DNA from: an uncultured delta proteobacterium
GTDB lineage: Bacteria > Myxococcota > Kuafuiibacteriia > Kuafuiibacteriales > Kuafuiibacteriaceae
Assembly: GCA_963803435.1 (NCBI GenBank)
Contig: CAWDML010000003.1
Span: 384,001-448,000 of the forward strand
Length of the DNA: 64,000 nt
Direction: 5' to 3'
Positions 1-10,288 of this stretch are shown piece by piece (position 1 is the stretch's first letter; each line of letters starts with the position of its first letter). A model generated the notes under the pieces. The model made no database searches, was not told the origin of the DNA, and saw only the letters and a program-made list of their open reading frames with translations. Made by a program: the position numbers and the translations under genes.

Positions 1-1605
1 TCGTCCTCGGCCACCATGATGGTCTCGGATCCGATGAGTGAGCTCGGCAGCGGAGCTCGTCGGGCGGGATCCGTGTCCATCGCGACGCGCGGGAGATAGA
101 TGCGGAAGGTGGTGCCGACCCCGACCTCGCTGTAGACGGAGATCGAGCCGCCCGCCTGCTTGATGATTCCGTAGCACGTCGAGAGGCCGAGCCCCGTGCC
201 GCGCCCAGGCTCCTTGGTGGTGAAGAACGGCTCGAAGATCCGATGCTGGGTCGCCGCGTCCATCCCGACGCCGCTGTCGGAGATAGCGACCACCACGAAC
301 TCGCCCGAAGGCGTCTTTCCGCCGGAGGCGTCGTAGCCGGACGTGATGACGGTGTTCATGGTCTCGACCGTCAGCTTGCCGCCGTCCGGCATGGCGTCGC
401 GTGAGTTGACGGCGAGGTTGATGATCACCTGCTCGAACGCGCTCGGGTCGATCCGGACGTTCCAGAGGTTCTGGCCCAGGATTGTCGCGAAGTCGATGTC
501 CTCACCGAGGAGGCGCCGGAGCATGCGGTCCAGCTCCTCGACGATCGTGTTCACGTTGGCCACGCGCGGCGAGAATCGCCTTCCGCCGGGAGAAGGCCAG
601 GAGCTGTCCGGTCAGGCTCTCGGCCCGCCGGGCCGCCTTCAGCACCTCCTCCATGTCCTCGTGCACGGGGTCCTCGGGCCGCAGCTCTCCCAGGACCATG
701 CTCCCGAAGCTCAGGATGGCGGTGAGGAGGTTGTTGAAGTCGTGTGCGACGCCGCCGGCCAGCCGGCCGATCGCCTCCATCTTCTGCGCCTGGATCAGCT
801 GGGCCTCGAGACGGCGGAGCTCGCTGACGTCGAGGATGACACCGACGACGTGGACCGCCCGCCCGGTCGCGTTGCGCTCGATCGCCTTCGCGAAGCTGGT
901 GACCTCGAGCCAACGGCCGTCTGCGTGGCGCACCCGGAGCTCCGCCTGATGGCGCTCCGAGCGGCCCGCGAGGAACTCGCGATAGGCCTGCTCCAGCGCC
1001 GGGAGCGACTCGGGGTCGATGCGCACGCGCAGCCAGTCGGTGATGCTTTGGTCGATCGGGATCGCGTCGCGCTCATACCCGAGGATCTGGGCGCAGCGCT
1101 CGCTCACGTAGAGCGTGGAACCGAGCGGCACGCGGTGATCGAAGACGCCGGCGCCGCTGGCTTCGACCGCCATGGCCAGCCTGCGCTGCTCTCGTCGGAT
1201 CATCTCCTCCGCGCGCCGGCGGATCATCCGGTTCTCCGCCTCTTCGAGCTCTCGGGTGACCGCGACGTTGAGGCGCGCCAGGTTGTCCTTCAGGACGTAG
1301 TCGCGCGCGCCGGCGCGCATCGCGTCGACCGCGCGTTCCTCTCCGATCTCGCCGGACACGAAGATGAAGGGGGTGTCGATGGCCTGGCGCTTGAACAGCG
1401 TGAAGGCGCGCAGGCCGTCGAACTCCGGCATCTTGAAGTCGGAGATGATCAGGTCCCAGTCCTGGTCGAGCGCATCGACGAAGGCCGCTTCGGTCTGGAC
1501 GCGCTCCCAGTCGATCTCGAACCCACCGCGCTGGAGCTCGACACGGATCAGCTCCGCGTCCTCTTCGGAGTCCTCGACCATCAGGAGGCGGAGGCGTCTA
1601 TCCAT
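1..1605 (-). CDS. Hybrid sensor histidine kinase (REC-PAS/PAC-HisKA-HATPase-REC, CckA-like); apparent +1 frameshift at ~574; runs off the window
   Basis: N-terminal receiver (LLMVEDS...ISDF), PAC, H-box AHDFNNLL. Removing one base at 574-575 restores ISPRVANVN...NSRDAMP...FEPFFTTK.GRGTGLGL and the start of a C-terminal receiver (TIMVAED). ATG 1605 overlaps the upstream stop. Confidence 0.9.
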
Positions 1606-3571
1606 CACCACGGCTGTCTCCTTCGCTCGACAACGTGAAGAAGAACGCCGCGCCTTGACCGGGCACGCTCTCCGCCCAGATGCGTCCGCCGTGGCGATGC
1701 ACGATCCGCTGCACGGTCGCGAGGCCGACGCCGGTCCCCTCGAACCGCGCGTCGCTGTGGAGTCGTTGAAACGGTGCGAATAGCTGCTCGGCATAGCGCA
1801 TGTTGAAGCCGATCCCGTTGTCCTTGACGAAGTAGATGGGTCCCTCCTGTTGGCCGATCACGATCTTTGCGCCTGTTCGGTCCGACGTAAACTTCCATGC
1901 GTTTCCGATCAGATTCTCGAGCGCCGACTCGAGCAGATGTGCGTCCGCGGTCGCCTCGATGGGGCCGTCGAGCGAGAGCTCGACCGAGCGCCCGGGATCG
2001 CCTTCGGACAGCCGCTCGAAGACCTGCCGGGCGATCGCGTCGAGCCGGACCTGTCTGAGCTGGAGCTGTTTTCGCGATACGCGGGAGAGCACCAACAATC
2101 CGTCGATCAGCTCGGACATCCGCTGGGCGCCGGCAGAGACGCGCTCGAGGTAGTGGCGGCCCTGATCGTCGAGCTGCGCCGTATTCTGCTCGAGGAGGGT
2201 CCGGCTGAAGCCCTGGATGCTCCTGAGTGGTTGGCGCAGATCGTGAGATACGGAGTAGGCGAACGTCTGCAGCTCCCTGTTGAGGAGCTCGAGCTCGGCG
2301 TTCTTCTTCTCCAGCTGGCGCAGGAGCGAGGAGCGCGTCTCCGCCAGCTCCTGGGCGGCTCGCGCCTCGGCCTCCTTATGGAGAATCTCCTCACGAACAC
2401 GGCGGTGCTCGTCTTCGAACTGCTTGCGTCGGAGCTGGGCGCGCAACCTGGCCTTCAGTACGGAAAAGTCGCTCGATTTGGAGACGTAGTCGTCCGCGCC
2501 GGCGTTGATCCCCTGAATCATCGCGTCCTGATCCTCGAGGGCCGTCAGCATGATCAGCGGAATGCTGCGGAGGCGGGGCTCGGACTTGATGTCGAGGCAG
2601 GTCTCTTGTCCCGATCGTCCGGGCATCATCAGATCGAGCAGGATGCAATCGAACTTCTCCACGCCCAGCAGCTCGAGGGCCGCCTCCCCCGAGGCCGCCT
2701 TGACCACCTCGTAGCCGTCCTCCTGCAGGCGCTCCGCCAGCTCGCCCAGGTAGGTGAGGCTGTCGTCGACCGCGAGGACCTTCTTGGGGCCGAGCGGGCT
2801 GTCGAACGCGTGATCGCGCGGCGTCGAGGCCGACCGCAGGATCGCGGACAGCCTGGCCAGCACCAAATCCGAGCCGTCACTCTTGCGCACGTAGGCGTCG
2901 GCTCCGGCGTCGAGGGCCTGGACCTCCACGGCGTTGCCCTCGGAGGCGGTCAGCAGCAGGCACGGGGTGGCGCGAAGGGTCGGATCGAGCCGGATCCGCC
3001 GGACCACCCCGGTGCCGTCGAGGCCCGGCATGACGCCGTCGACGATGATGGCATCGGGCGTCTCCTCGGCGGCGGTGCGCAGACCCTCCTCGCCGGAGGC
3101 CGCGGTGACCGTCTCATAGCCAGCCTCGCGGAGGCAGAGCGCGAGCTCCTCGCGATAGGTGACGCTGTCATCGATGATCAGGATCGTGGTGCTGGGCCCG
3201 CGCCGGTTGCGGCGCACCAGCACGCGGGCCCGGGACACCACATAGGACGCGTCGTACGGCTTGCCGACGTACGCGTTCGCTCCGGTCTCGATCGCGCGGA
3301 TCCGATCGGCGATCTCGGCTTCGCTCGAGAGCAGGAGGATCGGCATCGACTCGGTGCGCCGGTCGCTCCGAAGCTCTCGAAGCAACTCCACGCCGTCCCC
3401 GTCTGGAAGGACCACGTCGAGCACGACGAGATCGCTGGTCTCGTCGAGCGCTGCGCGGGCCTCGGCGATCGTGGAGCACAGCACCGTCTCGAAGCCGGCG
3501 TCGTGGAAGGCCTCACGGAGATCCATCCGAACGGTGAGGCTGTCGTCGACGATGACCACCCGCTCGTTCAT
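1598..3571 (-). CDS. Hybrid histidine kinase with three tandem receiver domains
   Basis: Three REC domains (VIVDDS, LIIDDS, LAVDDS), then SHDLRQP H-box, NAWKF, DNGIGF, GTGVGL. Confidence 0.92.
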   Translation of the reverse strand: MNERVVIVDDSLTVRMDLREAFHDAGFETVLCSTIAEARAALDETSDLVVLDVVLPDGDGVELLRELRSDRRTESMPILLLSSEAEIADRIRAIETGANAYVGKPYDASYVVSRARVLVRRNRRGPSTTILIIDDSVTYREELALCLREAGYETVTAASGEEGLRTAAEETPDAIIVDGVMPGLDGTGVVRRIRLDPTLRATPCLLLTASEGNAVEVQALDAGADAYVRKSDGSDLVLARLSAILRSASTPRDHAFDSPLGPKKVLAVDDSLTYLGELAERLQEDGYEVVKAASGEAALELLGVEKFDCILLDLMMPGRSGQETCLDIKSEPRLRSIPLIMLTALEDQDAMIQGINAGADDYVSKSSDFSVLKARLRAQLRRKQFEDEHRRVREEILHKEAEARAAQELAETRSSLLRQLEKKNAELELLNRELQTFAYSVSHDLRQPLRSIQGFSRTLLEQNTAQLDDQGRHYLERVSAGAQRMSELIDGLLVLSRVSRKQLQLRQVRLDAIARQVFERLSEGDPGRSVELSLDGPIEATADAHLLESALENLIGNAWKFTSDRTGAKIVIGQQEGPIYFVKDNGIGFNMRYAEQLFAPFQRLHSDARFEGTGVGLATVQRIVHRHGGRIWAESVPGQGAAFFFTLSSEGDSRGDG

Positions 3572-4620
3572 GGGTTGGCCTCGCTCCTGCGTCCGACCAG
3601 CTGCACGACCAGCGGTCCGATCTCGTCGATCGGGGTCACGTATCTCGCCGCACCGAGCTGGACGGCGACGCCCGGCATCCCGAACACGACGGAGGTCGCC
3701 TCATCCTGGGCGATCGTCACGCCGCCGCCGCCTCGGATCGCGAGCAGGCCGGCGGCACCGTCGCGCCCCATGCCGGTCAATAGACAGGCCAAGGTTCGTT
3801 CCGCCTGATCTCTCGCCAGCGATTCGAAGAGTACGTCGACCGAGGGGCGGCAAAAGTGGCGTTCGGCTCCCTCGGTCAGCCACATCCGGTCGCCGCGGAC
3901 CTCGAGGTGACGACCTGCGGGCGCCAGCAGTACGCATCCGTCCCGCGGGAGCCGCGCGCCGTCGGTGGGCTGGCGGATTGGGAGCGCGATCTGACCCTCG
4001 AGCCACTCGGCGAGGGCGGCGGCGAAGGGCTCGGCGATGTGGATGACGACGAGGACAGGCAGCGGAAAGTCCGCAGGCAGCGCTCGCAGCACGGCCAGCA
4101 CCGCGCCGGGACCTCCCGTGGACGCGCCGATCGCCACCACCCGGAGACCGGGCGAGGCGATCGGCCTGGACCGGATCGCAGCACCGGTGAGGCGCGCCCG
4201 CGGGTGCGTGATCACGCGAATCCGCGAGACCAGACGCAACGTCTTCACCAGCTGCTTCGCCCAGGAGGCCTCGGGCTCGTCGCCGGTGGGCTTCTCGAGC
4301 ACGTCGACTGCGCCCGCCGCCAGGGCCTCGTAGGTTTGAAAGAGCTCTCCGCGGTTCGTGGAGGCCGAGACGATCAGGATGGGCGTGGGACAGAAAGCCA
4401 TGATCTGCTCGGTGGCGAACAGCCCGCTCGATCCGTTCAGCATCATGTCCATCGTGACCACGTCGGGCCGCAGTGACTTGCACAGATCGATCGCGGTGTC
4501 CCCATCGGTCGCCTCACCGATCACCTCGATGCCGGGCTCTGCACCCAGCACCTCGACCAAGAGCTTCCTGATCGTGAGCGAGTCTTCGACGACGAGGACG
4601 CGAAGGGTGCCGGTGCTCAA
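3568..4620 (-). CDS. cheB: Chemotaxis response regulator protein-glutamate methylesterase
   Basis: REC plus methylesterase with GASTGGP, IHI, RPSVDVLF, LTGMGRDG. Confidence 0.96.
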   Translation of the reverse strand: MSTGTLRVLVVEDSLTIRKLLVEVLGAEPGIEVIGEATDGDTAIDLCKSLRPDVVTMDMMLNGSSGLFATEQIMAFCPTPILIVSASTNRGELFQTYEALAAGAVDVLEKPTGDEPEASWAKQLVKTLRLVSRIRVITHPRARLTGAAIRSRPIASPGLRVVAIGASTGGPGAVLAVLRALPADFPLPVLVVIHIAEPFAAALAEWLEGQIALPIRQPTDGARLPRDGCVLLAPAGRHLEVRGDRMWLTEGAERHFCRPSVDVLFESLARDQAERTLACLLTGMGRDGAAGLLAIRGGGGVTIAQDEATSVVFGMPGVAVQLGAARYVTPIDEIGPLVVQLVGRRSEANP

Positions 4621-6449
4621 TCGACCAACCTCCGGATCGTCTCGAGGAGCGCCCGCTGATCGAAGTCGCTCTTGACCATGTAGGCCTGGGCGCCCGCGGC
4701 GTTGCCTCGCCGGCGATCCTCGGCGTCGGCGCGGGACGTCACCAGGATCGCGGGGATCTTGCGCAGCGCCGGATCTTGCTTCACCCGGGTGATGAACTCG
4801 AAGCCGTCCATTCCCGGCATCTCGACGTCGACGATGAACAGCCGGTAAGCCTTCTGGGCCGCTTTCACCAGCGCGTCCTCGCCGGAGACGGCGAGGTCGA
4901 CCCGGTAGCCCGCCGTCTCGAGGATGCTCTGCTCGAGCATCCGGGTCGTGAGCGAGTCGTCGATCACCAGCACCTCCGCCGGTTTCTCGGGCTCGACGGC
5001 CGGCGGATCCGACTCGAGCGGTGCCTCGGTCAGCACCGGCGGAGCCAGCAGCAGCTGCGGTACGCCGTGGGCGTCGAGGACCGCGCCCGCGACGATCGGC
5101 TTGGCCAAGACCTGAGGTGGCAGGCTCCGGACCAGCACGTTCTCGATCGCGCCCAGGCGGTCGACCTCGAGCGCGGCCCGCCGGCCTCCCGATTCGATCA
5201 CCACCGCGGTATGGACCGCGGACGGTGCTGCGGCTGCGCGTCCCAGCGCCCGCGAGAGCGAGATCAGGGGCACGATCTCACCACCCACGCGCGTCCGCGC
5301 GCCCTCAGGAGAGCGCGTCACGTCCTCCTCACGCACCAAGAGCGCATGCCGGACCGCGTCGAGGGGGATCAGCACCGTCGATCCCGACGCCTCGACCGAT
5401 AGCGCCGGCAGTGAAGAGAGCGAGATGGGGACGATCATCGAGATTGTCGTGCCGCCGGGGCCGCTCTTCACCTCGAGCTCGCCCTTGACGTGCTCGACGG
5501 CGGCGCGGATCGCATCGAGACCGACGCCCCGTCCTGAGACCGGGCTAACGCTGCGGCTGGTGGAGAGGCCGCCTCGGTACAAGAGCTCGATCGTCTCCTT
5601 CAACTGAAGGCTCCGGGCCGTGGCGGCGTCGATCCGGCCCCGCTCGACTGCGATGCGACGAATCTCCGCCAGGTCGAACCCGCCGCCGTCGTCCGTGACG
5701 GAGAAGACCACGCGATGCGCACGGCGCTCGATCGACAGCTCGACCGTCCCGGTGTGCTCGATCCCGTGGGCCACCGCGTTCTGCACCGCATGGACCAGCG
5801 CACCTCTCAGCGCCACCAGCACGTCGGCGTCGACGCGCGTCTCGGTACCACGTGCGCGGAACGCGACCTGCTTGTCGAGCGCGCGAGAGGCGTCGCGGGT
5901 CGCGCGCTCCAGGTCGCTCGCGATCGCCGTCGCCGGGATGAGCCGAAGCTCCGTGACCCGCTCGTACAGCGCTCCCAGGACGGTACGAACCCCGTCGAGC
6001 TCCTCCCGCCCCTCGGAGGCGAGCGCGGCGGCCGCCTCCGCGATGCCGGCGAGGACGCGATCGAGATTGGCCACCGCCACCCTGACCGAGCGGAGCGTCT
6101 CTTCGGCCGGGGCCTCCATCGGCTGCGCCGTCTTCGGGGCGTCGAGGAGGGGGATGTGGCCGCGCATGGCGTCGACCATCGCGAGCGCCTCGTCGATGCT
6201 CTCCCGTGGGATCGGGGCCGAGCCGTCTTCACGATGGGGCGAGAGCCGATCCTCGATCGAGTGGGCGAGCTCGGCGATGGCCGTCTGCCGCACCACGCGC
6301 GACGCGCCCTTGAGGGTGTGGGCGTGGCGAAGGAGCCGCCGGACCGTCTCCGCGTCCTGACCGCGCTCGAGCTCGAGCAGCCCGCTCGCCAGCTGCTCGG
6401 TCAGCTCCTGCGCCTCGACGCGGAAGTAGCGGTACGGATCCTTGGCCAT
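4617..6449 (-). CDS. cheA: CheA-type hybrid kinase (HPt-HATPase-CheW-REC; WspE/FrzE-like)
   Basis: HPt AHTLKGAS, NAVAHGIE, SGRGVGLD, CheW-like domain, C-terminal receiver. Confidence 0.95.
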   Translation of the reverse strand: MAKDPYRYFRVEAQELTEQLASGLLELERGQDAETVRRLLRHAHTLKGASRVVRQTAIAELAHSIEDRLSPHREDGSAPIPRESIDEALAMVDAMRGHIPLLDAPKTAQPMEAPAEETLRSVRVAVANLDRVLAGIAEAAAALASEGREELDGVRTVLGALYERVTELRLIPATAIASDLERATRDASRALDKQVAFRARGTETRVDADVLVALRGALVHAVQNAVAHGIEHTGTVELSIERRAHRVVFSVTDDGGGFDLAEIRRIAVERGRIDAATARSLQLKETIELLYRGGLSTSRSVSPVSGRGVGLDAIRAAVEHVKGELEVKSGPGGTTISMIVPISLSSLPALSVEASGSTVLIPLDAVRHALLVREEDVTRSPEGARTRVGGEIVPLISLSRALGRAAAAPSAVHTAVVIESGGRRAALEVDRLGAIENVLVRSLPPQVLAKPIVAGAVLDAHGVPQLLLAPPVLTEAPLESDPPAVEPEKPAEVLVIDDSLTTRMLEQSILETAGYRVDLAVSGEDALVKAAQKAYRLFIVDVEMPGMDGFEFITRVKQDPALRKIPAILVTSRADAEDRRRGNAAGAQAYMVKSDFDQRALLETIRRLVD

Positions 6450-6450
6450 G

Positions 6451-7920
6451 TCAGTGCTGCTCCGGGCGCACCAGTCGCGTGAGGTCGTCCGAGAGCACCG
6501 CGAGCTGAGACGCCGTCTGCAACGTCTGTGAGGAGCTCGACTCGCTCTCCTTGGTCGCCTGAGCGACGTTGGCCACGGCGATGTTCACCTGCTCGACCGC
6601 GGTCGACTGCTGCTTGGTGCTGAGCTCGATCTCTCTGGCCGCCTCGGTGGTGGTCTCGACCAGACCTCCGATCCGCTCGAAGGCGGCCGCCAGCTGCGCG
6701 AAGCTCCGCGTGCCGGTCTCCACCGCCTTGGACCCGGTCTCGGTCGCCATCACGGTGGTGTTCACTGCGGTGCGGATCTCGTCGATGAGCCCGCGGATCT
6801 GCTTGGTCGATCCGGTGACGCGGTCGGCCAGCTTTCGGATCTCGTCGCCGACCACCGCGAAGCGCCGGCCGGCCTCACCGGCTCCGGCGGCCTCGATGGT
6901 GGCGTTGATCGCGAGGATGTTCGTCTGCTCCGAGAGCTCGTTGATGATCTCGATGACGCCTCCGATCTGCTGCGACTTCCTCCCCAGCTCGAGCATGTGC
7001 TGAACGATCGAATCGACGTGGCGCTTGATCTGGCCGACGGCGTCCTCGGTGACCCGGACCGTGGCATCGCCGTCGCGCGCGCGATCGGCGGTGTCGGCCG
7101 CGATCTTGGCGACACGCTGCGCGCTCTCCGCGATCTGTCTCGAGGTGGTGAGCAGCTCGCCGATGGTGGTGGAGATCTCGCTGACGGCCGTCGCTTGCTC
7201 CCTCGCGCCCGATGCTTGCTGGCTGGCGGCGGCCTGCAGCTCTGCGGTCGAGCTGCGCACGTGCTGGACGGAGGCACCGATCTGCCGGCTGAGCGACCCC
7301 GTGAGCACGGCGGCCACCAGTCCGGCCGCGATCAGCGTCAGGAGGCCGATCAACAGCATGGCCATCTTCGCGCGGGCGGCCGTCTCGTTGGCCGCCACCC
7401 GCTCCGCGTCGAGCCGGTCTTGCTCGAAGGCGATCAACGATTGGGCGGCCTCTTCGAGGACCTGGGCGCGCGGAAGGACGCGATCGTCGAAGGCCGCCGT
7501 GACCTTCGCCTGATCGGGCTCCGTCTGCCGGAGCGCCACTACCTCCGTCACGGCCCGCTCGTACGCCTCCTCGGCACGGTTGAGGTCGTCGAGGAGCGCG
7601 CGACTGTCGCCGCCGTCGCGCGTGCGGAGGCCGTTGATCGCACGGGCCACCTGGCGCTGGACCTCCTCGACGCTGCGCAGGTACTCCGGCTTGCTCGTCA
7701 AGAGGTAGGCGCGCATGCCGGCCATCTGTCGGACCGCCGACGCGGCCAGCTCATGGGCGTCGGTGAGGCTCGGGGTCCGCACGCGGATCACCGCGTCCTT
7801 GTCGTCGACCACACTCGTGAGCGCATAGTAGGCGACTGCACCCATCATCAAGGTCAGCGCCAATACCAGGCAGAAGCCGGCGCCGAGCTTTCGACCAAAC
7901 GTCCAACGTCCCATCCTCAT
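6451..7920 (-). CDS. Methyl-accepting chemotaxis protein with helical (CHASE3-like) periplasmic sensor
   Basis: Two TM segments; hairpin tip EQTNILAINATIEAAGAGEAGRRFAVV. Confidence 0.94.
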   Translation of the reverse strand: MRMGRWTFGRKLGAGFCLVLALTLMMGAVAYYALTSVVDDKDAVIRVRTPSLTDAHELAASAVRQMAGMRAYLLTSKPEYLRSVEEVQRQVARAINGLRTRDGGDSRALLDDLNRAEEAYERAVTEVVALRQTEPDQAKVTAAFDDRVLPRAQVLEEAAQSLIAFEQDRLDAERVAANETAARAKMAMLLIGLLTLIAAGLVAAVLTGSLSRQIGASVQHVRSSTAELQAAASQQASGAREQATAVSEISTTIGELLTTSRQIAESAQRVAKIAADTADRARDGDATVRVTEDAVGQIKRHVDSIVQHMLELGRKSQQIGGVIEIINELSEQTNILAINATIEAAGAGEAGRRFAVVGDEIRKLADRVTGSTKQIRGLIDEIRTAVNTTVMATETGSKAVETGTRSFAQLAAAFERIGGLVETTTEAAREIELSTKQQSTAVEQVNIAVANVAQATKESESSSSQTLQTASQLAVLSDDLTRLVRPEQH

Positions 7921-8375
7921 CCCCTGTGCGGCGCGAGCAGCTGAGCGATCCGTTCCGCGTTCATCACGGAGTACGAGGCTCGGTCGACCCGCACGACCTC
8001 CCGAAGCTCTTCGGCGGCGACCTCCACGGTGGCCTCGATTGCGTCGAAGGCCAGCCCGACCGCTCGGTCCTGCCCGTAAAGCGCCGCCCAGGAGCCGCCG
8101 CAGGGCTCCGTACCGCCCATCAGGGCGGCCAGGCAGAACAGACTGATGATCTCTCCGCGAACGCCGGCGACCCCGAGCAAGGCGCGGGCATCGCTCGGGA
8201 CAGGCGTGATCTCAGGGCAGCGGAGCACGCCGGTGATCGCGTCGAGCCGGATCGCGATCGATCGATCTCGGGCGCGCACTGTGAGCAGCCGGATCCGCGC
8301 GGAGGCCGGCGCCGGCTCGGGCTCGGAGAACGAGCGATCGAAGGCTGCCCGGAACGCGGCGGCCGTGTCCTTCAT
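7917..8375 (-). CDS. cheW: CheW-like adaptor (WspD-like)
   Basis: ITPVP...LLGVAGVRGEII motif; translationally coupled within the che operon. Confidence 0.88.
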   Translation of the reverse strand: MKDTAAAFRAAFDRSFSEPEPAPASARIRLLTVRARDRSIAIRLDAITGVLRCPEITPVPSDARALLGVAGVRGEIISLFCLAALMGGTEPCGGSWAALYGQDRAVGLAFDAIEATVEVAAEELREVVRVDRASYSVMNAERIAQLLAPHRG

Positions 8376-9799
8376 GCGTCACCTCGCGAGGAGGCCAGCT
8401 CGTGGCGGCAGAGCTGGATGAGGCCGTCGCGCGCGAAGCCGCCTCCGAACAAGACGATCCGTGACGCGTCCTCCCGGGCCAGGAGTGACAACGCAGTCTC
8501 GAGCTCGCGCCGGGCCGTCATCTGATCGCCGGCCCGACGCGCCAGGATCCCGCGGTGCAGGTGCGGCATGGCGAAGCCGGGATCGAGATAGGAGGCCGTC
8601 AGATCATGCTCCCTCGCGCCCTCGAAGTCGCCGGCGTGCTCCCTGCAGAGGGCCATCACGTAGTGTGCGCCGGCATTGAGCTCGTCGAGCGCGAGCAGCT
8701 CGGCGCAGGTGGACTCGGCGGTGGCGGCGTCTCCAGTGGTGACGAGCAGCGCGGCGCGAAGGAGCAGCGCGTCCGGATCGCCGGAGGGGTTGGCGCCGCC
8801 GATCGCGATCGTCGCGAGCGTCCCGAGCGCCTCCTGGAAGCGCTCGGCCTTCATCAGCGAACGAACGGGCTCGAACGGATCCTCGGCGGCTGGCTCCGGC
8901 CTGGGGATGGGTGCACGCGAGAGCGCCTCGATGCGCTGGGACGACCGCGCGATCACCTCCTGCCAGTGATCGCCGGGCTCGGTCGCCGGAGCTCGACGGT
9001 CCTCGCGCTTCTCGTAGAAGAACGCCTCGGAGGCCTGGCGCAGGTGGAAGGCCGTCGACAGCCCGCGCAGGTTCTCCGCGTGGCCGACAAAGAGCAGGCC
9101 GCCCGGGGTCAGAGCGCGCCAGAGGTGGGCCAGCACCTTCTGGGCGGCGGCCGGAGTCAGGTACATGAGCACGTTCCGGCAAAAGGCGAGGTGATAGCTC
9201 TCGGGTTCGAACAGGGCCGCCGGGGGATCGACGAGGTTGACCAGCTCCCACTGCACCATGCTCCGCACGGCCGCGATCAGCGTGTGGCCTCGAGCATCGG
9301 TCTCGAACCAGCGCATCGCCACCGCCGGTTTGGTCTGGCGCAGCGACCACTGGGTGTAGCGACCCTCGCGCGCACGATCGATCGCCTCCGGATTGAGGTC
9401 GACGCCGACGATCGACACGCGCTGCAGATCGGACGCCGAGAGGTTCTCGCGGGCGATGATCGCGAGCGAGTACGCCTCCTCGCCGGACGCGCAGCCTGCG
9501 GAGAGCATCCGGATCTCGCGGCCAGCGCGCGCGCGCATGAGCTGGGCGGCCCGATCGAAGTGGGGCGCGTTGCGGAGGAAGTAGGTCTCCGGCACCGAGA
9601 GCGCGGGCATCAGCACTCCGAGCTCGGCGCCCGCCAGACCCGCCAGATAGGAGCGCACGTCGGAGGCCCGGGTCGCCTGGAGGCGCGCAGCCAGGAGCGC
9701 CTCCAGGTGAGGGAGACGATCGTCGTCGAAGCGAAGGCCTGCCCGCTGGGCGATCGTCTCGCGGAAGGCTTCCACGTCGGCGCGCTCGAGCACGATCAA
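8372..9799 (-). CDS. cheR: CheR methyltransferase with C-terminal TPRs (WspC/FrzF-like)
   Basis: ETYFLRN, SAGCASGEEAYS, FCRNVLMYL, then TPR repeats. Confidence 0.94.
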   Translation of the reverse strand: MIVLERADVEAFRETIAQRAGLRFDDDRLPHLEALLAARLQATRASDVRSYLAGLAGAELGVLMPALSVPETYFLRNAPHFDRAAQLMRARAGREIRMLSAGCASGEEAYSLAIIARENLSASDLQRVSIVGVDLNPEAIDRAREGRYTQWSLRQTKPAVAMRWFETDARGHTLIAAVRSMVQWELVNLVDPPAALFEPESYHLAFCRNVLMYLTPAAAQKVLAHLWRALTPGGLLFVGHAENLRGLSTAFHLRQASEAFFYEKREDRRAPATEPGDHWQEVIARSSQRIEALSRAPIPRPEPAAEDPFEPVRSLMKAERFQEALGTLATIAIGGANPSGDPDALLLRAALLVTTGDAATAESTCAELLALDELNAGAHYVMALCREHAGDFEGAREHDLTASYLDPGFAMPHLHRGILARRAGDQMTARRELETALSLLAREDASRIVLFGGGFARDGLIQLCRHELASSRGDA

Positions 9800-10209
9800 A
9801 GGACGACCTCGGGGATCAGGCCGGCGGCCGACAGAACGGTCAGCAGGCGCCCATCGAGGCGGCCGATCGCCTCCACGGATTCGAGCGCGGCGTCGTCGAG
9901 CAGTGGCGGAAGGGTGGTGGTCGGGCGCTCGACGACGCCGAGCACCTCGTCGACGAGGACGGCGACCCGCCGGGTGGGCTCCACCACGAGCGAGACCATG
10001 CGGCCGGCAGGGGGTGGGGCGATCTCGCCGAGCAGGCGGCGCAGATCGAGGACGGGCGTCGGCATTCCCCGGATCAACGCGGTGCCCAGGACGAAGGGGT
10101 GCGGGGTGGGCACCGGCTCCACCGGGAGCGGGCGCGACGTCTCGCGGACGTAACGGATCGGTAGCGCACAGCTCCGGCTGGCGATGCGGAAGAGGAGGAG
10201 AGGATCCAT
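9796..10209 (-). CDS. cheW: CheW-like adaptor
   Basis: VEPVP.PHPFVLG.ALIRGMPTPVLDL...LVDEVLGV; likely start ATG 10209. Confidence 0.9.
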   Translation of the reverse strand: MDPLLLFRIASRSCALPIRYVRETSRPLPVEPVPTPHPFVLGTALIRGMPTPVLDLRRLLGEIAPPPAGRMVSLVVEPTRRVAVLVDEVLGVVERPTTTLPPLLDDAALESVEAIGRLDGRLLTVLSAAGLIPEVVL

Positions 10210-10288
10210 GTCTTCCGAGGCCCGGACGCTAACAGGAGGCCGATGATCGCAAAAGCTGGCCGTTCGGACAGGCGAGCGCCTCCGACAT

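Noticed and set aside
1850-3808. Long opposite-strand and off-frame ORFs (also 15523-17001, 27992-30712, 39246-42578, 46128-48353, 61108-62787)
   Set aside because: Shadow ORFs of high-GC coding genes; no motifs, and the real genes are identifiable on the other frame or strand.
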